The translations under genes were made by a program, and so were the position numbers. A DNA stretch of 63,452 nucleotides, filler included, from Octopus bimaculoides (Eukaryota), in the NCBI RefSeq assembly GCF_001194135.2. It is 9 parts of 8 records of this genome, joined end to end, with 100 filler letters (N's around TTAATTAATTAA, not from the genome) between each part and the next. Parts side by side here need not be neighbours in the genome. Positions count along the whole stretch, not along the records: positions 1 to 9,587 come from NC_069010.1; positions 9,688 to 17,671 come from NC_068985.1; 7 more parts are not named here. The stretch is one strand, 5' to 3'. The notes beneath the pieces are model-generated. The model ran no database searches. It worked only from the letters and a program-made list of their open reading frames with translations, and was not told the DNA's origin. Numbering within the stretch: position 1 is the stretch's first letter; each line of letters starts with the position of its first letter. Below are positions 1-11,460 of this stretch, piece after piece.

Positions 1-599
1 ATATATATATATATATACATGTGTATATGTTTATGGAAAATATTTATGTATAGATGTACATACATAGAAATAGGCATACCCACATACACACACAGATATA
101 TATGCTCACACACATATATTCCAGAAAGAAAGGCAAACAAAAAAGAAGGGAAAATACAAGAAAATGAAACTCGCAGAAAACCAATTCTAGTTATGCACAG
201 ACGAAATTTCCTGCAGCCTCAAAAAACCATTTTCCTCAATTCGACCTCCGACCTTTCCCTAGAAGAAATACATTTCCAAAGGATTACCGAATTTAGTGGT
301 TAAGCTCTGCTGCCATATCTGTTAATATCTCAGACAACTTTGTTTCAACCAGAGATATTTGGAAATTGAGATGTTCTGATATTGAAGCATTAGAATAAAG
401 TCTTGGATATTACATTTTGTGTGAAAAAGATGGCAGCAATAGATTTGGATTGTCACGACATGTTGGAACATGCCCAGACACACACACACACACACACACN
501 NNNNNNNNNNNNNNNNNNNNNNNNNNNNNNNNNNNNNNNNNNNNNNNNNNNNNNNNNNNNNNNNNNNNNNNNNNNNNNNNNNNNNNNNNNNNNNNNNNN

Positions 600-1010
<411 letters not shown>

Positions 1011-1170
1011 AAAAAAAAAAAGAAACAGAACTCAGAATGATATCTGTGATAGCTCATTCTCTCTCTCTCTCTCAAAAAAAAAAAAAAGGGAAAGACTGTT
1101 GACTATGTAGACAAACACACACATATGCATTCATACAGAACAACATCCATGTCACTGCCATAAAGTATTC
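1011..1170 (+). pseudogene. Decayed zinc-finger remnants after the stop codon (probable 3' UTR)
   Basis: DICDSSFS at 1039-1062 and IHTEQHPCHC at 1129-1158, broken by poly-A and (CT)n runs. Confidence 0.55.
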
Positions 1171-1175
1171 TGTAA

Positions 1176-1185
1176 AATAAATAAA
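1176..1185 (+). promoter_or_regulatory. Possible polyadenylation signal of the ZNF gene
   Basis: Overlapping AATAAA hexamers about 170 nt after the stop; AT-rich context, so weak. Confidence 0.3.
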
Positions 1186-1299
1186 AAATATTTACAACCA
1201 TGTCTAGACTTAGTCTGTTTTACTTCATCATCATTATTGTTTTAAAGTCCACTTTACAAATTCTTGCATGGGTCAGGCGGCCTTTTGGTGAAGCAGATA

Positions 1300-1467
1300 T
1301 TCTGTGTCTGTCAGTGTCCCCCCCCCCCATCATCGCTTAACAACCAATGTTGGTGTGTGCCCATAACCTAGTGGTTCAGCAAAAGAAAACTACAGAATAA
1401 GTCTTGGGGTCGATTTGTTCGAGTAAAGGCAGTGCTACAGCATGGCCGCAGTCAAGTGACTGAAACA
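1300..1467 (+). mobile_element. SINE 3' half (family with ...CAGCATGGCCGCAGTCAAATGACTGAAAC tail)
   Basis: Matches many other copies in the window (3405, 9690, 21140, 24700, 38430, 62380). Confidence 0.8.
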
Positions 1468-1519
1468 AATAGAAGGATATATATATATACAGGTGTGTTT
1501 GTACATAGTTATTGTGACT

Positions 1520-1665
1520 TTGTGTTTGTCCCCCACCACTGCTTGATAACTGCTGTTGCTGTGTTTATGTTCGGGGCCAATAGAAAATGAAGAACTGGTG
1601 TTGATTTCTTCAAGGCGGTGCCCCAGCGTGGAGCACAGTCTAATGACTGAAAAAAATGACCACCA
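1520..1665 (+). mobile_element. Degenerate SINE 3' half, same family
   Basis: gtttgtcccccaccactgcttgataac...aaggcggtgccccagcgtgg..cagtctaatgactgaa. Confidence 0.7.
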
Positions 1666-1907
1666 AATTCCTTACTAAAAATTAAATTTAAGGGAGGCAA
1701 CTCTTGATCCACTCACGGTCGCTTTACCTGCTAAAAATAGTGACCCAAATGCTTTTCAATCAGATCCCAATGCTGGATGTTCAAGACCCGAATGAAGGGC
1801 AGATTTTCAATCCTGGGACCATCCTTATTCCAAAAGGGTATGCTAAATCTATGTAGACAAAGATACAGGGGTCCCAGACAAACAGAATTTTCACTTTTAT
1901 TAATACA

Positions 1908-2862
1908 TACAGGGTGCGAAGGGTAAATTGTCGCCGTTTTATATTCCTAATTTCTCGCAGTTTGTTTTTGATTTTGTCATCTACACAGTTTAGTAGGATC
2001 AGTTGGGCACTGTTTGTGAGAAATTCACTCTGCCAAGTTTGGAAACGACATGCTGTATTGCTTGGCATTCGTGCCGGAAGCTCCAGTACGAACATTTCAG
2101 AGTGTTTGGCTGTGAATCTGAGGACAGTGGAGAAGATTCGGAAAGAGTTGCAGGGGTCCAATGGTGATTACGAAGGTACGACAGCTCGGAAAACTCACTC
2201 TGATCGTTCTGATAAGAAAAAAACTCCTGAATTTGTTGGCGAGATCCAGGCCATGATTGACAAGCCAAGCAGGTCCCATGGGAGTTGTCTGAGTTTCTTA
2301 TCAGGTAGGTAGTGCATGAAGACATTCGGTTTACCTCATATAAGATGAAAAAGGGCCAGTTTTTATCCTAAGCCATCAAGGACAAGGGGAAAGACAAAGC
2401 TATTGAACAAACTCAAGCATCTCCTCCAACCAAACATGCTTTGATTTTTCTCAGATGAGAAAAATTTCTACCAGGATCCTGATAAAACATCCAGTCAACA
2501 TCCATGGTGTTTGGAGTGATCACCAGCGATTGCAACATTATGCCTCCATTCATCTTCCCACACGGCCTCACACTCAACATGGAGGCCTACATCAAGTGCC
2601 TGGAGAAGGATAGTGTTGCCCTGGGTTAAGAGAGTGGCTGCTGGAACACCCTGTGTTCGACAACAGAACTCTGCACAATGCCACACAAGCGTAAGAACCC
2701 AATTTCTGCAACCACATCACTTGTAACATCTGGCCATTTAACTCCCCAGACTGCAACCCCCTTGATTATAATGTGTGGGGTGTAGTTGAGCGAGAGACCA
2801 ACAAAACTCCTAGTAACACCAAGGATGAGCCGTATCAGGACAATTACCCCCCTCTCCAATAT
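1908..2862 (+). mobile_element. Tc1/mariner superfamily, maT (DD37D)-type transposon fossil with internal deletions
   Basis: TA followed by TIR cagggtgcgaagggtaaattgtc at 1910. Peptides KRHAVLLGIRAG..., FFSDEKNF, MVFGVITSD..MPPFIFPHGL, IWPFNSPDCNPLDY.VWG. Degenerate 3' TIR gacaattaccc at about 2839. Stops and frameshifts throughout. Confidence 0.85.
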
Positions 2863-2999
2863 ATTAAGAAGTTTTAAATCATCATCTAAAAGTGCAAATT
2901 ATACGCAATTCCTTGCAAATATTGTATCACATTCAGGTTTTAATAATTGCTAACTATGACATTAATATGGGCTGAGACATCTAAATATTTCTTTCTCGA

Positions 3000-3345
3000 T
3001 GGCCGTTTAGCAAAATTTGTTAAGGACTGAGTCATAAGTACTTGTGGTGCTTGCCCCCTTTTGATATATTTAAAAAACTTCCAAATGTTTGGGTGGAAAC
3101 AACCAGCATTTGATTAAAAAAAAAACTCCTATACCATCCTTCTATAGCATTGTTTGTTCTTGGAAGTTCATCCGAAGTTCTATTGTACATATTCCAGAGA
3201 TCCATTCCAAACACTGCTTCTCACCATCTTCCTCTTCGACATGGTCGTCCCAAGTGTGTATCCTCAAAGTAATCTTGCAAGGGATATGTTTCTGGTGGGA
3301 ATATTTCACTTAGGGTTTCAAAAGTTTGTTTCAGCATCACAAGTT
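3000..3345 (-). mobile_element. MULE (Mutator-like) transposase C-terminal fragment
   Basis: LQDYFEDTHLGRPCRRG..FGMDLWNMYNRTSDELPRTNNAIEGWYRSF..HPNIWKF matches the MULE RTNNxxEGWH motif region. Confidence 0.8.
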
Positions 3346-3404
3346 AAAACAGCCATCATTCCCATACAGATTGAAAACTTTTTATTCTCTTGGGATTGCT
3401 CTTT

Positions 3405-3620
3405 CTTTCTCTTTTACTCTTTTACTTGTTTCAGTCATTTGACTGTGGCCATGCTGGAGCACCGCCTTTAGTCGAACAAATCGACCCCAGGACTTATTAT
3501 TTTTTTTCAAGCCCAGTACTTATTCTATTGGTCTCTTTTGCTGAACCACTAAGTTACGGGGACGTAAACATGCCACCATCGGTTGTCAAGCGATGTTGGG
3601 GGGACAAACACAGACACACA
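3405..3620 (-). mobile_element. SINE 3' half
   Basis: ttcagtcatttgactgtggccatgctggagcaccgcc...gggggacaaacacagacaca. Confidence 0.85.
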
Positions 3621-3720
3621 CCGAGGCGATGACATTGGGCCTCACCGAGGCGATGACTACTGACCGAGACCTTTGGAAATGTGCTGTGCGTGAGAAGACC
3701 CGGCAAGCCAAGTAAGATCG
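3621..3720 (+). mobile_element. RTE-clade LINE, ORF C-terminus
   Basis: EAMTTDRDLWKCAVREKTRQAK* followed by gatcg, which resembles the start of the 3' UTR copy at about 50935 (-). Confidence 0.6.
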
Positions 3721-4646
3721 NNNNNNNNNNNNNNNNNNNNNNNNNNNNNNNNNNNNNNNNNNNNNNNNNNNNNNNNNNNNNNNNNNNNNNNNNNNNNNNN
3801 NNNNNNNNNNNNNNNNNNNNNNNNNNNNNNNNNNNNNNNNNNNNNNNNNNNNNNNNNNNNNNNNNNNNNNNNNNNNNNNNNNNNNNNNNNNNNNNNNNNN
3901 NNNNNNNNNNNNNNNNNNNNNNNNNNNNNNNNNNNNNNNNNNNNNNNNNNNNNNNNNNNNNNNNNNNNNNNNNNNNNNNNNNNNNNNNNNNNNNNNNNNN
4001 NNNNNNNNNNNNNNNNNNNNNNNNNNNNNNNNNNNNNNNNNNNNNNNNNNNNNNNNNNNNNNNNNNNNNNNNNNNNNNNNNNNNNNNNNNNNNNNNNNNN
4101 NNNNNNNNNNNNNNNNNNNNNNNNNNNNNNNNNNNNNNNNNNNNNNNNNNNNNNNNNNNNNNNNNNNNNNNNNNNNNNNNNNNNNNNNNNNNNNNNNNNN
4201 NNNNNNNNNNNNNNNNNNNNNNNNNNNNNNNNNNNNNNNNNNNNNNNNNNNNNNNNNNNNNNNNNNNNNNNNNNNNNNNNNNNNNNNNNNNNNNNNNNNN
4301 NNNNNNNNNNNNNNNNNNNNNNNNNNNNNNNNNNNNNNNNNNNNNNNNNNNNNNNNNNNNNNNNNNNNNNNNNNNNNNNNNNNNNNNNNNNNNNNNNNNN
4401 NNNNNNNNNNNNNNNNNNNNNNNNNNNNNNNNNNNNNNNNNNNNNNNNNNNNNNNNNNNNNNNNNNNNNNNNNNNNNNNNNNNNNNNNNNNNNNNNNNNN
4501 NNNNNNNNNNNNNNNNNNNNNNNNNNNNNNNNNNNNNNNNNNNNNNNNNNNNNNNNNNNNNNNNNNNNNNNNNNNNNNNNNNNNNNNNNNNNNNNNNNNN
4601 NNNNNNNNNNNNNNNNNNNNNNNNNNNNNNNNNNNNNNNNNNNNNN

Positions 4647-4802
4647 NTAACAAAGCATAAATTATTGGCACTGAATGTTCATGCAGCAGTGCGTGAATTG
4701 TTGCAGAACTAGCAAAGAAGCTTGGATTTGGTCAGTCAACCATTCATCAACATCTGCAATGCCATCAGAAAAGTCAGCAAATTGGATCAATGGGTTCCTC
4801 AC
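4647..4802 (+). mobile_element. Mariner transposase HTH fragment
   Basis: ELAKKLGFGQSTIHQHL(frameshift)AIRKVSKLDQWVPH, including the mariner WVPH motif. Confidence 0.8.
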
Positions 4803-5235
4803 AGATGCCGTACCTAATGAAGAATGGAAATCTCTCGATTTACTAGATGAAATTCTGCATCCAGTAGCAATTATTTTGAAGGCTATTTGTGCTGATGATG
4901 CGGATTTACTGAAAGCGGAATATTCTATAGAATTTTTATTGAATAAACTTAATATCGTTGGCAACCCTTTGGTGAAAGACTTATTCTTAGATCTAATAAG
5001 AGAAGAAATGTCGAAACCTTGACTCTCTTGAGGTATTTACAAGGAAGTTTAAAGGTGAATCAATTTCTGGATCTTTCCTTTTTTTAACGAAACAACATTT
5101 AAGGAAGTATGCTGAACAAACATATAGGAGATTATTTCCTGAATATGACACTGAGATCACAACAGAATTATACAAAGAAAATGAAATAGGAGGGAACCTA
5201 AAAACAAATGTTACTGCTGTCCCATCTACTATTGG
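4803..5235 (+). mobile_element. Probable hAT transposase fragment
   Basis: EEWKSLDLLDEILHPVAIILKAICADDADLLKAEYSIEFLLNKL resembles the hAT 'W..L..L..IL.P' helical region. Confidence 0.55.
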
Positions 5236-5362
5236 GGGGGGGGGNNNNNNNNNNTTTTTTTGCAAATTTGTGTTCTAAACACAGGAATTCATACTATTAT
5301 ATATATATTTAAGAAATTGTTTGTGGAATTTAAGGGCGATTTAGTTGTTATCTTTAGCATTC

Positions 5363-5510
5363 TCTGAGTGGTTGGCGTTAGGAAGGGCATCCAGCTGTAG
5401 AAACTCTGCCAAATTAGATTGGAGCCTGGTGTTGCCATCCGATCTCACCAGTCCTCAGTCAAATCGTCCAACCCATGCTAGCATGGAAAGCGGACGTTAA
5501 ACGACGATGA
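5363..5510 (+). mobile_element. RTE-type 3' UTR / 5'-truncated insertion with (GAT)n tail
   Basis: Nearly identical to the reverse complement of 50683-50826; ends ggacgttaaacgacgatgat. Confidence 0.75.
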
Positions 5511-6059
5511 TATATATATATATTTATATATATTTTATGAAGAATTGAGGTAGGTTTAGTTGCTATTCCTTGTACGCCGAGCGACCACGCAGACGTTCCC
5601 GCGTCGTCTCGCTGTTATTCGGGTGACGACCCGTGTGGCTGGATGGCCACCAACTCTGCCTGTCTGCCACAAAGTACTACATTACCAGACCATTTAAGTT
5701 GATGGGTGTTTTATTATAGTAGGTTATACGTATTGTTTATTTTCAATTTTCCTTTTGTACACTGATCGGAGTCGGATAACGATCGCTTTTTTAAAGCAAA
5801 GACAAGGATAAATATACTAACAAGACGGGAAAAGTCTTATGTCAGACTTAAGGTAAATATATATAAACCTAATTCTCGAATTTAAACATCCGTTGAAATC
5901 TCACGGATCTGAGACTTTCGTACTCTTTTCTTCTTGAAATTATTTGTTTTTTCTTTCTTGCAAAAAGATGTGTCGATTATATGAAAGACGAAGGAAAAAC
6001 ATCCGAAGTGAAAAAAAAAATATTTACGAAACAATCAACGTGGTTCTATGACAAGATGG

Positions 6060-6960
6060 AAGAATAGGGGAGTAGGAGGAGGAGGAGTTAGAGAAAGAGT
6101 AGGTAGGAGAGGAAGGAGTGAGAGGCGAGAGGGTTTAATAGAAGGGAATGAGAGAGGGGGAAGCCTAGTAACAGATTTAGAGGGAAGCTGATAAAAGGAC
6201 CGCAACAAATTTTTTTGGCGAGCTTCGAACAGGAAGTGTTCCGGATTTTCTGCAGACATTAAATACTCTTCTAAAACAGAGCTTGTTTGATATTTATTAA
6301 TTCGCCTAAAATACATCATTGCTTTGCCTTGTATATACAGTGTAATGTTTGTAGGATGAAAATTAAAACGAAAGTGAAGAATATGATCGTAATAGATACA
6401 AGCACAAATTAATAAATTCTAGATCAGAGTATGTCTGTTCTTTATCAACTCACATTAGTAAAAAAAACTATTTTAAGACACTTTATGTGGGTCAACTAGC
6501 TTCCAAACAGGGTACAGTATATTGCCCATGATTCTCGTATTTCTGGAAATTGGATAAGAGGCCCATTACTGTTGAGAAGTGGAGTAAAAGGAGGGTTAGC
6601 GTGACATTAATACACAGAGTCGGGAGACCTTGTGAAGGGGAGAGGAGAAAGGCTATAGAAATCAACGTGGTAGGAGGAGATTCGGTCTATGAGTGATGGC
6701 GAGAGTGGAAGAAGGAGGAACGCGCGTAGATAAAGCGAGGAGGGGGAGATAAAGTAAGGAGATTTAACGAAAGAGGGGGAGGAATAAGTGATAAACTAGA
6801 ATAGGAATTGAAATGTAAGGTGGTAGGAGGAAACTCACTCGAGGAGGAAAGTATGAGGTGCTTTGACAAAGAGAGGTAAAGTAGGAGGGTGGAGAAGCTT
6901 AGATGGTTGCGATCGAGTAAGAGGAATTAGAGAGGGAGACACAGAGTAGGTTTCGATAGA
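6060..6960 (-). mobile_element. Possible Penelope-like element N-terminal low-complexity region
   Basis: Purine-rich + strand; broken Pro/Ser/Leu-rich minus-strand frames. No RT or endonuclease motif seen. Confidence 0.3.
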
Positions 6961-7218
6961 AAGATAGTGTTGAAGGAACGAGAGAACGAGCGAAGTGGAG
7001 GTAGAGGAAGGTAGTAATAGATATGTGGTGGAAGTTTGTGTGAAAGAGAGAGACAAGCGAATCTATTACCGCCGTGGTTATGGTGATGGCGGCGGTGGCG
7101 GTGGCGGCGGTGAGAGAGACTCGAGTGAGGGTCGTCGCTGTGCAGAATAAAGGTTGAGTCTTATTGTTTTGATTGCAAAGGAGGGTCGAGTGCAACTTGA
7201 AATTAAAACCCCGCTCAT

Positions 7219-7268
<50 letters not shown>

Positions 7269-7465
7269 CACATACACAGGGCATCCTGTGGACACCTGTT
7301 CTGTTTGAATAACCCACCGTTTCTTGAGAATACCTGCGAAAAAGGTTTCTATATTTTTAATATAATACTTTGTATGTCATTTGAGAAATAGTTTCATTAT
7401 TAAATGCAAGCGAATATATATACATGCCCGTGTGTATATATGTATTATATATACATCCATGCATG

Positions 7466-7500
<35 letters not shown>

Positions 7501-7694
7501 GATCGTGCATATATATATATATGTTATTACTATGTATATTACATTGTATGTGATATATTTACATTACACACATATACACACACGTGTGTGTGTGTATATG
7601 TGTGTATATTAAATGTTCATATATATATATCTGTGTAGATCTATCTTTCTATTTCCTCATCTTACAATATATGCATACAGTCTATGTATTCTTG

Positions 7695-7736
<42 letters not shown>

Positions 7737-7748
7737 NNNNNNNNNNGT

Positions 7749-7787
<39 letters not shown>

Positions 7788-8232
7788 AGGATTCGTTTGT
7801 CTGTTTACGTAAATATTTGTGAAGTGTTTTCAGTCGATCCTTTTGTTTTTGTCAACAACACAAAAATGTCTTGTCTGCTACTCCTGATGATAATATTATT
7901 ATAATTACTGCTACTAATTACATGTAAACAAACCAAATGTATGAAATCTGGAAGTGGAGATGGAATGAGTCGTCAGCTTCCAGTGATTGTTGACTGTAAA
8001 TAATAACTTTCAGTATCTATCTATCGATCTATCTATCGATCTATCTATCTATCTATCTATCTAGTTAGCTACCTGCCTATTAATAGCTGGCTAGCTACCT
8101 AGAAATATCTATTACTTACCTATCTATCTACCTACCTACCGTCTACCTACCGTTCTAGTTAATTACCTGTCTTTCTACACATGGCTTTTGTGTACGCTAT
8201 CCCAAACGTTGAGTAAACACTTGTTTCGTTGG

Positions 8233-8269
<37 letters not shown>

Positions 8270-8549
8270 CTTGGAGAATGGAGCAACAAATACAAGAAAA
8301 AGCATTTTCGTTGGACTAGATAGCCGTTGTTTTATTATGTGGAGCTTGTGAAATGAGTCAGAGGCAAACCTACCACTTACCTATATATATATATATATAT
8401 ATATATATCTATATATATATATATATACCTCGTCCCAGGGCAATCGTTTGATCAAACTGCATCAACCCCATGACCATTTTCGAATCTTGTGCATCTCATA
8501 TGTCTCCACACCCCGCTTTTTTTTTTCTCACGCGGTGGAATGTGATTTA

Positions 8550-8797
8550 AGGTCTCTCTTGCCAAACAAGTAAGTTATGGGGGGGGGGGACGTAACCACA
8601 CCAGCACCGGTTGTCAAGCAGGGACGGGTGGGTAGTCTCAAAGACAGACACGCATGTATATACGATAAGCTTCGTTCAGTTTCCATCTACCCAATCACAA
8701 GACTTTTTGTCGGCCCAAAATGCCATACAGTGGGACCGAACCAACAAACCATGTGGTTGGGAAGCAAGCTACTTACCACACAGCTACTCCTGCACTT
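8550..8797 (-). mobile_element. tRNA-derived SINE (head plus part of 3' half)
   Basis: The reverse complement gives the head gcaggagtagctgtgtggtaagtagcttgcttcccaaccacatggtt...ggttcggtcccactg. Confidence 0.75.
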
Positions 8798-8803
8798 ATG
8801 TAT

Positions 8804-8837
<34 letters not shown>

Positions 8838-9689
8838 GGGAGAGACAGAGAGAGAGAAACAAAGATGCTTTCACCATCCGGTTCCTATATTTATCTTAGA
8901 TTTGTGTTCTTCATGGCTTGAGAGATGTGGCTGCTATTTCTTGCATCTCGACTGTCTGCGTAGAGGCCCATCGCCGACAATGGGATGTTTCGCCCTATTT
9001 CGGCCCTCATTAAAGTGATATATGACAGAAAGCCAGTCCAGCTATGCCTACCCCGTCTGGTTTTGATTGTGATTTCTATTTATCTAAGACATGGAATGGG
9101 ACTTGAGAGGGAGATTAGGCTATCGTTTCTGGCATGTCAGGCGATTTTATTAAGGCTAACTCAGTTGGTCTCTGACGTAATGGAAGTCGATTCGGAAGAT
9201 AAGGAAATCAGTTATGGAGGAAGCTTTTAAGTATGACTCATTAACATCTCCTGGGTCGTTAATCGTAATTAATATCGGGTAATGTGATAGGGGAGGAAGA
9301 AGAGCGGGGGGGAGCGGTGAAGAGTAAGGGGGGAAATAGGCAGGACAAGTGAAAAGGGGGTAAGAGTGTGGTCGGAGGAGGAATGAGAGAGAGAAAGGGA
9401 AAACTGGAAGAGGAAGGATGAAGAAATGTGTGAGGAGAAAACAGGAGAGAGGGGAATGGGAGGAGAAAATAGAGAGAGTAAGATGGGGGAGGGGTGGAAA
9501 AAAGGGGTTTATTTAGGAAGAGAAAACGCGGAGTGAAAGAGGGGGGGATAGGAAGAGAGACGTGATAGGGTCAGTGTTTGTCCCCCANNNNNNNNNNNNN
9601 NNNNNNNNNNNNNNNNNNNNNNNNNNNNNNNTTAATTAATTAANNNNNNNNNNNNNNNNNNNNNNNNNNNNNNNNNNNNNNNNNNNNTA

Positions 9690-9910
9690 TTCGTTTATTC
9701 TTCTACTTGTGTCAGTCATTTAACTGCAGCCATGCTACAGCACCGCCTTAAAGGATTTAGTCAAAGAAATCGAACTCAGTACTTGTTCTTTGTAATACTA
9801 GTACTTATTCTATCGGGCTCTTTTGCCCAACCGCTAAGTTATGGAAGACATAAATACATCAGCATAGTTTGCTAAACAATCGTGGGGGTAAACACAGACA
9901 CAAAGGCACA
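9690..9910 (-). mobile_element. SINE 3' half followed by long (CA)n
   Basis: Same family as 3405-3620. Confidence 0.8.
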
Positions 9911-9916
9911 GGCACA

Positions 9917-9972
<56 letters not shown>

Positions 9973-10005
9973 TAGATATATATGTATACATAAATATAAT
10001 TTAAC

Positions 10006-10204
10006 AGAATAAGATAAAACAAATCCAAGGCTGTGAAGAGTTTTCAGAACATTTATAAAGAAAATGTCTTACAGCTGTTTCCGGGATATTTTATATATCT
10101 CTTAATCACACCGTCTCTGATGAAGGGATATATAAACAGCTGTAAAACCTCTTTATAAATGATTTGAAAAGTATTTACAGCCTTGGATTGTTTATTTCAT
10201 TCTT
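10006..10204. mobile_element. Fold-back (palindromic) element with degenerate Penelope-type hammerhead motifs
   Basis: Arms aatccaaggctgt...acagctgttt and aaacagctgt...acagccttggatt. CTGATGA at 10117-10123 (+); GAAACAGCTGT on the - strand. Confidence 0.65.
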
Positions 10205-10363
10205 TTATGTTATATACATATGCTTGCTACTGCACGACCTTCGTTGGACTCCTCGTTCGTATCATTATCGAATCTGGAGCTAAACTATAGTCTGTCCATA
10301 GCACTTACTCAGCATTACCTGATACCTTTGAGTTTTCTTGACACCAATGCCTCTCATACTCTA

Positions 10364-10469
<106 letters not shown>

Positions 10470-10607
10470 CGACTGGCCTTTTCAATTCTTATCTACCTAA
10501 TCCACTTACGATGCTTTGGTCTACCCGAGGCTATAGTAGAAAACGCTAGTCTAAGATGCCATGCAGAACCATGTGGCTGGGAAGCAAGCTTCTTACCACA
10601 CAACGAT
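10470..10607 (-). mobile_element. tRNA-derived SINE head
   Basis: accatgtggctgggaagcaagcttcttaccacac is the reverse complement of the tRNA-like head. Confidence 0.75.
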
Positions 10608-11416
10608 GCCTAATAATAATAAGGATTATTACGAATTAGCATAGCATTAGGTTTAATTCTCCTTATATGTACAGCTTTACATAGACCTACATATGTTTCG
10701 ACTGAACTGATTAGCAACCATTGCAATTGCAACCCCACTATAATACCACTAGTTTCTTCAGTGTCTTTACTTAATATCCTTGATTTAAATGTTTAAAGTT
10801 TATCGTTTATTTACTTTGCATTGTATGATGCAGAGTTGTCCGTTAAGTTAGAGACGAACAATCTCCGATTGAAGTTTTGATTGGATAATCATTTCTAGTC
10901 CATTATTCAAACCATTCCGCTGTTTACATGCTTAGTATTAATTTATACTGGGCAAATGTAAATTTCCTCTTGTGCAAGCATCTCAATGGTTGTTCCTGTC
11001 TAGGATTTATTATATTACCCTTGGATATAAAAATGTGGTAAAATTCTTCTACATGTATGTCACAGTTATTAGTTCCAGATTTTCATGGTTTTGCAGTACA
11101 AATTAATTCCTAATTGATTGTATAGTCTTTGTTTGTGACTTTAATAGACCAGAATAATTTACTAAGACTTGTTTGGACTCTTATTTTTTATCTCTGAATG
11201 AACAACTCAAACGATTTAAAAATTAATGACGTCCCATCCATGTAAAAGTGTTCGTGACCCTCATATGTAACTTTACATATCTATATTACTTCATATGAAC
11301 GCTTCTAAAGATTTAGTTTCATTATGTTCCTAAGTTTCGGTATACATTCATCTCATATGAATTTACAAATTTTACCAAGATCGGATTTAGAAGGACATAT
11401 AAGCCTAACAGTTGGA

Positions 11417-11460
<44 letters not shown>

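Noticed and set aside
3586-4712. Long ORFs spanning N runs (also 20.5-22.4, 29.4-30.2, 45.0-45.6 and 48.7-49.9 kb)
   Set aside because: They are open only because N codons are not stops.
5839-5858. ATG TCA GAC TTA AG|gtaaat as a possible first coding exon
   Set aside because: Only 14 coding nt and no supporting downstream exon.
7866-8003. Signal-peptide-like frame MSCLLLLMIILL*LLLLITC...
   Set aside because: It has an in-frame TAA, and the hydrophobicity comes from ATA/TTA low-complexity sequence.
9632-9643. TTAATTAATTAA embedded in Ns (also at about 17716, 22805, 33794, 51030, 55020, 57148, 60837)
   Set aside because: The identical 12-mer, centred in 100-bp N blocks and with stops in all six frames, is an assembler spacer, not biology.
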